This document shows positions 48,147 through 59,084 of a DNA stretch of 64,000 nt, in pieces; within the stretch, counting starts at the first letter, position 1, and every line of letters begins with the position of its first letter. The stretch spans positions 310,001-374,000 of the forward strand of contig NIVC01000222.1 of the NCBI GenBank assembly GCA_002269645.1. The letters are read 5' to 3'. The notes beneath the pieces are model-generated. The model had not been told where the DNA came from. It worked only from the letters and a program-made list of their open reading frames with translations, and did no database searches. Both the position numbers and the translations under genes were made by a program. Source of the DNA: Macrostomum lignano. Its lineage: Eukaryota.

Positions 48147-49068
48147 TTAAAATAGGATAATATCAATGAAGCTATGTGTTGGATCCAGAGCAAGAGTTTC
48201 TACATGACTTTGCAAGCTGACCCAGTGGTCAATCGAAAGATGCTGACAGAAAGAGGCTAAGCCTCGCGGATTGTTTAGCTTGTTTTCTGCTGAGCCAGCC
48301 TCACCCTCGACTCCGACAGTCTGCAGCACAGTGCCGTCACTTCGCATCACACGAACCACATGCCTTGAGCTCTCGCTGACGAACAGCAGACATGAGCGAT
48401 GAGCCGCCACTCCTGCAGGCTCTTGAAGCTTGTCAAGCCGACTTCTCTGGGTCGGGTGGGTCGAGATCAGCTGACCACTGGCGATGCACACTTTGTAGAG
48501 CTTGCTGGCTGGCCAGTCAGTGATCAGCACTGCATTGTCAACTACCGACATGTACTTCAGATAAGTGCCGATGCACAGCAGCTTTTGATCTCTGAGACTT
48601 GCTCAGTATAATTATTTTTCCTGAGCCGCAAGTCATTCCGCAGTAGTCCACAGACGGTCCGAGACTGCAGGATTTGATCTCCCGCGTCACAATGCCGCCA
48701 AGATCTGTCACCGTGAGCGACTGGAAGCTCAAAATGTACAGAGCCTGGCGTTTGCTGTCACAACTGATTCCTGAGATGGATTTGGAAAAGTCTAAATTGC
48801 CTTGTACTTTTAGCTTCACCCAGCCGTCGGTGGAACAGGCCAGAAGGTAATCTAGTTTAGAATTCGGAGAAAACACGATGAACAGACACGGCTCAGGAAG
48901 CTGCTACGCCTCATCAACTGCGGACTCAATCTTCACCACTTTGCCAGACGCGTCGGCGTAAAATCCCTTGGTGTTGCTGCACGATGCAATGAAAAATGGC
49001 TGTCCTGGTAAGTTGTTAATTTCGTTAAGGAACTGGCACACCTGACCAGAAGAGCCATGGCGCTGCAT
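48147..49068 (-). pseudogene. Disabled tandem paralogue of the NHL propeller gene
   Basis: CQFLNEINNLPGQPFFIASCSNTKGFYADASGKVVK aligns to CTFVRKIDNLEGNPVWVTSCTNTAGFASDSSGRVVK; in-frame TAG at 48906-48904; frameshift plus deletion near 48590; B-box and coiled-coil absent. Confidence 0.75.
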
Positions 49069-49316
49069 TCTAAATGGTCATCGACTGTGGAGTCACCAGC
49101 TCAACGGTTGAGCGTTAAATCTACGTGACGATTCCGCTGAAATTTTTGCGGTTTTTTCTTAGAACGTCATGTACTGTTTGTTATAAGCTACAGATTTGAC
49201 TTTGCTGACCCAGGAAGGCGCACTTTTGAATGAGTTTCTTTGATTACTAAACCAGTTTCTTATGCACTTTTTAGCTACCAATTTTCACTAAGATCTGCTT
49301 CATAACGGAAGCCGAG

Positions 49317-49410
49317 CAGGGGTCGGCAAACTCCGGTCACATGCGGCTCGCGAAGCCCCTCTATCCGGCCCTCGGGGTCCTTTGAAAGTTTGCAATAGCA
49401 ATCCCGACCG
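49317..49410. mobile_element. Remnant of a hAT (Charlie-like) MITE end
   Basis: CAGGGGTCGGCAAACT...CATGCGGCTCGCG resembles hAT-Charlie termini; right end only degenerate (AAGTTTGC...CCGACC); no TSD confirmed. Confidence 0.4.
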
Positions 49411-50009
49411 AGCAAGGTCTATATCTCTTCTCAGCTCCCGTCTTTTTCTGGCCCTCTGGCCCTGGCCCTTGGGTAAAAAAATTTTTCGACCCGCGCATAA
49501 GAGAGACGGAATAAAATAAGCGTTTTAAAAGAAATTTAAATCTTCGTGTCAATTGACCTGACAAAGATGCTCTTTGTTTAGATGTGTTATTAACAAAATA
49601 CCAAGTCAGTGAGTAATGTTTCGCAGGATATATATCTGAGAACTAGCTCATGAGAAGAGGACGGTAAAATAGAGCTACAGTGTCTAACATGAGTAAACTG
49701 GCATAAGCAGCAATCCTAAAATACTTTCATATCATAGAAGCTGAAAAGATCACAAAGTTTTAAATTTGAAATAATAACAAAAATTTCGATGGAGGTGTAA
49801 TCAGGGAGACAGGAAGTTTCCACGGAAAGTGAGCTTGTGCATGAGTGTGTGATGCATGTGATGGCATGGGCAGGATGTACGATGTTTCTCGTTTAGAAAC
49901 AGGGAAACTTCCTATCTTGATAATACATTTTTGCAGCAACCTTGGCTACATTTGTAACTGTCTAGGCGCCAACACAGTTTTCTCCTTCTGCAAAAGGCGC
50001 ATGCGGAAA

Positions 50010-53000
50010 TCAAATGTCAATGCTGGTGCTGACAGAGGCGTGGTCGCTGAGACTATCGTCCATCCAGCTGGGCTGGTAGGACCCCAGCGAGCCGCTGGAC
50101 AACTGGGCCGCTAGGCGTCGCTCGCTATCGGTTATGTGACCGCCCACGTCGCCCAGGCTGCCTCGGCCAGTGAAAGATGCGTCAGGCGTCACCTGAGTCG
50201 GCTCCGAGACGGCGCCTGTCGCGTTGCTACCCGGAGTGAATGGTTGCTGAGGCTGCTGCAGTCGGCGGCCAGCCCTGTGAGCTGGACTGCCTCCGTTCGC
50301 TGGCAGCGGGGGCTTCTTGGGCGAGCTGGGACCCGAGGCAGATGCAGTGAGCTGCGAGTTTGAGGTGTTGACAATGATTATTAATATGCATGCCTACATG
50401 TACGCACGCCCCAACTCCTGCCCCAAATGTACGCACGGCCCAACTCCGGCCCCAATTGTACGCACGCCCCAACTCCTGCCCCAAATGTACGCACGGCCCA
50501 ACTCCTGCCCTAAATGTACGCACGGCCCAACTCCTGCCCCGAATGTACGCACAGCCCAACTCTTGCCCCAAATGTAGACACGCTCCAATTCCTTCCCCAA
50601 GTGTACGCACGCCTCAACTCCTGCCCCAAATGTACGCAGGCCCAACTCCTGTCCCAAATGTACGCACGCCCCAACTCCTGCCACAAATGTAGATACGCCT
50701 AAACTCCTGCCCCAAATATATGCACGGCCCAACTCTTGCCCCAAATGTAGACACGCTCCAATTCCTTCCCCAAGTGTACGCACGCCCCAATTCCTTCCCC
50801 AAGTGTACGCACGCCCCAACTCCTGCCCCAAATGTACGCAGGCCCAACTCCTGTCCCAAATGTACGCACGGCATAACTCCGGCCCCAATTGTACGCACGC
50901 CCCAACTCCTGCCCCAAATGTACGCAGGCCCAACTCCTGTCCCAAATGTACGCACGCCCCAACTCCTGCCACAAATGTAGATACGCCTAAACTCCTGCCC
51001 CAAATGTATGCACGCCCCAACTCCTGCCACAAATGTATGCACGGCCCAACTCCTGCCACAAATGTATGCACGGCCCAACTCCTGCCCCAAATGTATGCAC
51101 GCCCCAACTCCTGCCACAAATGTATGCACGCCCCAACTCCTGCCCCAAATGTACGCAGGCCCAACTCCGGCCCCAATTGTACGCACGGCATAACTCCTGC
51201 CACAAATGTACGCAGGCCCAACTCCGGCCCCAATTGTACGCAGGCCCAACTCCTGCCCCAAATGTATGCACGCCCCAACTCCTGCCACAAATGTATGCAC
51301 GCCCCAACTCCTGCCCCAAATGTACGCAGGCCCAACTCCGGCCCCAATTGTACGCACGGCCCAACTCCTGCCCCAAATGTACGCAGGCCCAACTCCTGCC
51401 CCAAATGTATGCACGCCCCAACTCCTGCCACAAATGTATGCACGCCCCAACTCCTGCCCCAAATGTACGCAGGCCCAACTCCGGCCCCAATTGTACGCAG
51501 GCCCAACTCCTGCCACAAATGTACGCAGGCCCAACTCCGGCCCCAATTGTACGCACGCCCCAACTCCTGCCACAAATGTATGCACGGCCCAACTCTTGCC
51601 CCGAATGTAGAGACGCTCCAATTCCTTCCCGAAGTGTACGCACGCCTCAAAGCCCGACTAAAATGTCTAACCTGCCAATCGGATGAGCCCTCGGCTCTGT
51701 AGCTCGATAGAGGCTTCTGCTGTTCCTGCTCTTCCTTCTGCTGCCGCTGCTGCTGACCTGGACTTGACCGCCGACCCGCTGACTGTGACTCATCACCGCC
51801 GCTAACAGTCGCCACCGAGTCTTCGGATCGCTGCAGAGCCAACGGTGGAACCGATGACGGCGGCGGCGGCTGATGCTGTTTCTGCTCAGGCTCCGAAGCT
51901 GCCGAAGTCATCGACGTAGCTGAAGTACCCGTAGTGGTTGCCATGGTCTCCTTCGGGGTCAGGCGAAGACGCGGTTTCGCCTGCGGCTGCGGCCGCTGCT
52001 GCGACTGGGTCGGCTGAGGCGGCTGCGACGCCGGCACCGGAGCGGGCGACTTCGTCGAAGGTTGAGGACGAACTGCTGATGGGGCGCTGCGGTGCACAGC
52101 CGATCGGTTCTGGGTGGGCTAGAAAATGGGTTGGTGACGGGTACCAGATTAGTTTTTAAGCAAAATTTAGACACTTCAAAAGCAACCAACAAGAAGCATC
52201 GCATCTCGACTCACCGCTTTTTTGGTTGAACGCGAACCATCGCCACCTGTTGACAGTGTGGCTGCCGGTTTTTGCTGCCCTTCCAGCTGCTGCTGTTGCT
52301 GCTGCAGCTCAGCCAGAGCAGCCGGGTTGTGCTTTGCCAACCGTCTGACGCAGGTAGCCGTCAGTCCGAACTGCAGTCGAGTGGTTGGAGATCCTCTGTA
52401 CCGAGGCGCCTCACGAATCCAAGACCGGCTGGCGGGCACCGTCGGCTGCTGCGTGAGGCCCGGATGTCGATGCGGATGCGTCGTCGACAAGCTCTGACCG
52501 TCGTGCAGTCGTTGCAGGAACAGCTGCTCTGGTGGCGCGAACTCCCGACGTCGATCCGGTGTCTGATTGGGCCGCTGCCGAGCCAGGCTGGTCAGCGAGA
52601 CCGAACGGCCCAGGCGGATTCTGCGCTCGTCGCTGTCTTCATCGCTCCAATCGTCATCGGGGCGGTTGTTTGCCACAGAGTCGCCGGCGCTGCGTCGGCG
52701 GTGCCTCGGGGGCAGCGGTCGGGGCAGAAACCTCAGGCTCTGCGGCGGCTGAACGTAATGGGTTGCTGGTGAGAGTCTCCGTGCGAGATCGAATACACTC
52801 TTATTATTTCACTGATGAGACTCTCACTGTGATCGATGAGACTCGATCCTTAGTTCACTGACTCACACTGAGAGTAAAGAGACTCTCACACTGAGAGTAA
52901 AGAGACTCTCACACTGAGAGTAAAGAGACTCTCACACTGAGAGTAAAGAGACTCTCACGCTGAGAATCAAAAGACTCTCACACTCAGAATCAAAAGACTC

Positions 53001-54607
53001 TCACACTGAGAATGAAGAGACTCTCACACTGAGAATCAAAAGACTCTCACACTGAGAATGAAGAGACTCTCACACTGAGAATGAAGAGACTCTCTCACAC
53101 TGAGAGTAAACAGACTCTCACACCGAGACTGAAAAGACTCTCTCGCTGTCAATCCATAACTAAGATCTGAATTCTATCTCACTTTTCTCGACTCTCTCCC
53201 GCCGCCATCTCCGCCAGTGCTGCTGTACTTTTTCTTCTGACTGCTTGCAGCAGGAGCAGCAGGAGCAGCGGCATCTTCGGCACCAGCAGCTGCTGTGTCC
53301 GCCTGGCCGCTCAGAGCCAGCAGTTCGGACAGAATGCCGTGCAGCAGGGGCATCCGGCCCTGCTGAATCTGCCGACGAGTGTGCAGTGCCAGAGCGGCTT
53401 CTGGTGGGCCCTGGGATGACAGAAAAACGATTATTATGGTCTTAACCCCTCACCTTCATCAGCTTCCAGCCTCTGACCTGCATCAGCTCCCAGACTCTCA
53501 CCTTCATCAGCTCCCAGCCTCTCACCTGCATCAGATCCCAGCCTCTCACCTGCATCAGCTCCCAGCCTCTCACCTGCATCAGATCCCTGCCTCTCACCTG
53601 CATCAGCTCCCAGCCTCTCACCTGCATCATCTCCCAGCCTCTCACCTGCATCAGATCCCGGCTTCTCACCTGCATCAGATCCCTGCCTCTCACCTGCATC
53701 AGATCCCAGCCTCTCACCTGCATCAGCTCCCAGCCTCTCACCTTCATCAGCTCCCAGCCTCTCACCTGCATCAGATCCCAGCCTCTCACCTGCATCAGCT
53801 CCCAGCCTCTCACCTGCATCAGATCCCTGCCTATCACCTGCATCAGCTCCCAGCCTCTCATCTGCATCAGATCCCAGCCTCTCACCTGCATCAGATCTCG
53901 GCTTCTCACCTGCATCAGATCCCAGCCTCTCACCTGCATCAGCTCCCAGCCTCTCACCTGCATCATCTCCCAGCCTCTCACCTACATCAAATCTCGGCTT
54001 CTCACCTGCATCAGATCCCAGCCTCTCACCTGCATCAGCTCCCAGCCTCTCACCTGCATCATCTCCCAGCCTCTCACCTGCATCAGATCCCAGCCTCTCA
54101 CCTGCATCAGCTCCCAGCCTCTCACCTGCATCATCTCCCAGCCTCTCACCTGCATCAGATCCCAGCCTCTCACCTGCATCAGCTCCCAGCCTCTCACCTG
54201 CATCAGCTCCCAGCCTCTCACCTGCATCAGATCCCGGCTTCTCACCTGCATCAGATCCCAGCCTCTCACCTGCATCAGCTCCCAGCCTCTCACCGGCATC
54301 ATCTCCCAGCCTCTCACCTGCATCTGTTTCTGTGTCAGCTTGCGTACAACTTCCTCATATTTGACGTCCTCCACTGACTTCGCAGCATTTTTCTTTTTCT
54401 TAGTCTGCTTTGCTTCTTGCTGCTTTTGTTGTTGCTGCTTTTTCTGGCCCAACGACTGAGTCTGCTTTTTCTGCTGTCGCTTCTGTTGTGTCTGTTGCTT
54501 GGTTGCGCTGGTCCAGGGCAGGCCGCCCTTTTTAGGAATTTGTCTGGCTCTGCATGGCAACGCGTTGACAACGAGAGGGCAACTTATTCGCTTGTTCATA
54601 ATGGCTT

Positions 54608-54675
<68 letters not shown>

Positions 54676-54678
54676 CTA

Positions 54679-54731
<53 letters not shown>

Positions 54732-56318
54732 GGCAGACAGGCAGACAGACAGACAGGCAGACAGGCAGACAGACTCGCTAACAGCTCACCTGCTATTATA
54801 AAACATGGGCGGGGGCTGCAGCGGTCCGCAGCCGGCATCCCTGAACACCGCCGAAGCTGCCAGCGCCTCGGCCTCGGCCGCCTCCGCCGCCGCCGCTGCC
54901 AAATCGTTGATGTCGCCAAATTTGGCGTCGGGCATCTCGTCGACAATTTCTTCTTCGTCATTATTCTCGTCGTCGTGGACATCCTCGAGCCAGACTCTGT
55001 CACTATCGGCGTCCTTGACAGCGTCCTGCTCAGGCACCGGGAACGGGTACTGAGTGCCGCGGCTCCTGCCGGCTTCCGAAGTTTGCGTTGCTGCTGCCGT
55101 TGCCAGGGCCTCGGTGACCGCGGCGGCCTTCGAAATTGAGCGAGTGGCGGGTTGGTGTGACATTATTTTATTCAAATTTATGGGACCGTTTTAACTGGAA
55201 CTACAGGGAAGAACGCCGAGAGGCACACCTTGGAAGTAGACGAAGGCGCTTCAACGGGCGCCTGAGCTGGCAGGTGAGCGGCCACGCTGGGGCCCAAGCT
55301 GGCCAGTCTGACCTTCGCTGTCATTAGGCCAACCTCGTGACCCATCAGGCTGAGAAGGCCGAACACGCCGCTCAGTTCCCTGGATTGGTCGGGCGGTATT
55401 GATAAAAATACGGATTAAATACGAACTGACAGGCAATCAATTATTTAGTTACAGGGGTCATAGGTTTCTTATTGGTCACAGGTACTATGAAATTGGTCAA
55501 ATATATCATACAATAGGTCACAGGTTATTTCACAACTGGTCACAGTTTATCACACAATTGGTCACAGGGTATCACACAGTCAATCGGTCACGGGGCTTCA
55601 CACATAGGTCACGGGGTGTCACACATAAGTCACGGGGTGTCACACCATCGGTCACATGTATCACACAATCGGTCACATGTATCACACAATCGGTCTCATG
55701 TATCAAACAATCGGTCCCAGGGTATCACACAATTGGTCACATGTATCACACAATTGGTTACGGGGTGTCACGCAATCGGTCACAGGTATCACACAATCGG
55801 TCACATGTATCACACAATTTGTCACTGGTGCCACTCTCTAGCCAAAATTACCTGGTCACGGGCACGCCAACTCCGTGCTTGGCCTGATGCTGCAGCACCT
55901 CCTGGGCGAGGCCATCCAACGCCAGACTGCAGACTGCCGCCAGCTTCGGTGGCTGATGATAGGCATCAACCAAGAAGATGTACATCGGCACAGCGGACAG
56001 GCACTTCGCCAATCTGTCTGGCGGCATTCGAAACAGCGCCGATTTTCCGCGACGAATTCTTATGTTACCGTCGGAGTCTCGCAGCTCGTCCAGCTGGCTT
56101 CGTCGCTGACCGCCAGTTGCCCTCTCGTAGTCGGCGATGGCTCGACGAAGGCTGGCAGCTGCGGGGCCCTGCGGACACTCGCTGAGGCGCTGGGTGCCAA
56201 AGTCCAAAAGTTTGAAAAGAGTGGTAGGGAACAGGCAGTCTGCGCTGGGGCTCAACCGGATTCGATCAATGTACAGTTCCACTGAGAATAGCGAATCAAC
56301 AGATGTGGCAGAGGGCAT
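50010..56318 (-). CDS. MAP10: MAP10 (DUF4497/HPHLAWLY-type) microtubule-associated protein-like, ~912 aa; exons 56318-55852, 55379-55229, 55127-54790, 54549-54318, 53410-53183, 52748-52215, 52118-51672, 50351-50010
   Basis: N-terminal LFSVELYIDRIRL...FKLLDFGT...RGKSALFRM...KLAAVCSLAL and GVFGLLSLMGHEVGLMTAKVRLASLG, plus PPPMFY and MPLLHGILSELLAL, match MAP10-family motifs; all 7 introns are GT-AG with matching phases (total 2739 nt). Confidence 0.75.
50385..51650 (+). repeat. 28-29-bp minisatellite (TGTACGCACGCCCCAACTCCTGCCCCAAA)n in MAP10 intron 7
   Basis: Tandem variant units; G4-prone on the - strand. Confidence 0.93.
52860..53145 (+). repeat. 23-bp minisatellite (CTCTCACACTGAGAGTAAAGAGA)n in MAP10 intron 5
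   Basis: About 12 units, each with an internal CTCTCA/TGAGAG hairpin. Confidence 0.9.
53445..54324 (-). repeat. 24-bp minisatellite (ATGCAG|GTGAGAGGCTGGGAGCTG)n: amplified 5' splice site of MAP10 intron 4
   Basis: 37 units, 34 retaining G|GTGAG; the first unit includes the real exon end. Confidence 0.93.
54610..54775 (+). repeat. (GACA)n microsatellite in MAP10 intron 3
   Basis: Direct reading. Confidence 0.95.
55520..55820 (+). repeat. ~21-bp degenerate minisatellite (ATCACACAATCGGTCACATGT)n in MAP10 intron 1
   Basis: Recurring cacacaat(c/t)ggtcac units. Confidence 0.8.
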
Positions 56319-59084
56319 GGTTGCTAAGGTGATTTTCTTGTTGAGCGACTCAAACTTACAGTTGCTGTAATGTCAAACAAAGAAATTTTACAAAATTTAT
56401 AAAAATCAACAAATGGATTGGAAACTATTCTTTTGCTCATGATTTTTGGCTAATGAAATAACAGAATTTACACCAGTGTCTATATATATTTTAATATACA
56501 AAATATAATAGACAGATACTGTAAATCTGCCTTCTAATTATTTGATTTTTTATTGTAAAAAACTATTGAGTAATTTATTATCCCCTGAAACATCTAGTTA
56601 TAACTGCAGTTCAAGTGAAACAAAATATAAGAGGCTAGACATATGGATATTAGTATAGTTTCTATTAAGTAGATCCAAAATGTACATACAGAAAGCAAAT
56701 TAATAAACTATATTAATGCAATCAATTTGTATTGCACAATTAAGTTAATTAAGTTTTAAAAAATGATTTATTTGGATCCAATGAGACAAACAGCTATAAC
56801 CAGTGTTGAAAGCTAAAAAATTGCATAAAATATTATTTAGCTATATGAATATATGGTCAATTGTGACTTTGTTAAATACATTTTAGTTCATATAGGATAG
56901 AAATTCCTTTTTCTGGCTATAAACCTTTGACTGAGCTTACAGCTTTGTTAAATTGTTTTATTTTTCAATTATCACATGCTGAAAAACTGAAAAATAAATT
57001 AAATCAATGTAAATAAGTTTAAAAGTAAATATGTCATAAAATGCTTCACAAAAAAATTTAGGAAGTTCCTGATCCATAACGAATGATTTTCGATAATATT
57101 TTTGTCTGAGTAGGAAGATTGCTATGGGGTCACAAAAAACTGCTTTAAATTCAGTGCTTTACAGTGTTATTCTCAGGTTACGCCTGCTGTTCGATTAATT
57201 AATAACGAAAAATTATTTTCAAAGCTCATCCATCCATAGAATAGCGAAATTATCAACTACTTTATGACAAGCTAAAACATTGATTAAATATTCAAATCTG
57301 CTTTTTGTTTTCTGTTTTTAAAAAACCAAAAAAATTCTGCTGCCATCTGACATCACATCTCAGACCAGGAAGTGAACAAAGTATGGTCTTGAATGTCGCC
57401 GATTTGTCGAAAATATGACCGTTCAAAAAACCATTAAATGAGTCTGTAACAACATAAGGAGTTTTAACAAAATTACAACCATAATTTCGATATGATTGCG
57501 ACAGATTCTATATGTTTTTAATTCGCTTAAAAGCTGTACTGTCTGCTTAAATCTTCTGACCGAGTTTCTTAAGTTAATTTAAAAAAAACAAGCATGCATT
57601 ATGCTTGCATGATAAGCTGGCCTAAACGACTCATCAGACCCAACTTCATATATGTGAGGGTTTCACGACAGATATTCAGACAGACATTCAAAACGATCGT
57701 CTTTAACTTTAAACAAAATTGACCCGCTTCAACCGTCTTTTTGACAAATATTTACGCAAGTGTTGGGCCCAAGTGTTGTCTTTATCCGTGTTGGACCCAG
57801 TGGTCCTTGACTGGACCACTGGGTGGTCCTTGACAGTGGTCCTTGACTTGCAAAACATGAAAATTTCTCAATTGTCCAGCATATTGAAGCGGTTAATATT
57901 TGTCTAACTGTCTAGTAGTTCACGTCCCTTTTAATATACAGGCACGAGATATTAAACATTGTTCTTGGGCCGCTTTAAATTACGAGTATAAACCTTCGGG
58001 AGCAACAACAGTGGAGATTAACACGCATCCAGTCCAACCAGCCAATCGTGCTTAGAGGACCAGGTTTTAAGGCCTCGATATAGAGGCCTACATGTATATC
58101 GGTGCGTCCAGCCTGCTCAGACTGTCCAGACTGATATTACGAGCTACATGTACATGTTCGACGATTAACAAATTCTTATCCGGATAAAAGGAACCAAATT
58201 GAGAGCAGGCAAAAATATGCCTCCTCGGTCTGAATTCAACTAACCCTTAATTAGCTCATAAATTCTGCTGTTGTCCAGTTTGTCTTCATCCGTCTGCAAC
58301 AACCGATAAAAACGCAATTTATAACCACAAGCTCAGAGCCTATATCTTCTGTAGAACATACTTCTCTTTTTATAAAGACAACTAGCTGCTGATGTTATTA
58401 GCGTTTCATAGTAAACGACGCGGGACCATGCAGTCATTTACAAGGCTCCTGATTTGATTATTCACCTCCATACAATGCATTTACAGTGCATGGATTAGAT
58501 TGCACCATAGGCAGTTTCATGTACATGCCTATGCAGAAATACCTGACATTTAATAGGGCATCTTGCTGGGAAGTAAGAGCATAAAATTTTACATTGTACA
58601 TCTACTTGTATATTCGGCCTGCGAAAAACTTTTACAATTGTTCACAATTGTTCTTAAAATCGTTCTTTTGAAATTTTAGTCAACAGTTGCATATGGTGCT
58701 CCTATTTTTTGGTTTTATCTCGGGAAAGAATTGCTACACATAGCAATCACTCTTTAACACTGGCCTTAAGTAAGATAAGGCTTAAGCCCAAGGCTAGTTT
58801 ATTTGAAATTGTGTCCATGAGCAGTTGTGCACAGCCTCGCAGACAGCGTACTCAGGTGCGGTCAAACCTATCAAGTGGGGTAGTGGCAGTGGTGGATAGT
58901 AATTGCGCTCTTCCAGAGGCAACGCTACAAATGTGAAAACCCTCATTATCTTATGCTGAAAATGTGTCTCTGCTTTCAAATGAGGGTGTTTTAGCAAAGA
59001 CATAAAGGCAGCTCATAGCCACAAGCGGTTTCATTTCGTAGTGCTAGCGTTTCATTCTCAATAAGCAACCCCGCACAGACAGCC

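Noticed and set aside
50394-52097. 567-aa minus-strand ORF as a standalone gene
   Set aside because: Only 52118-51672 is exon (MAP10 exon 7, donor CAG|GTTAGA); the rest is intronic minisatellite read-through
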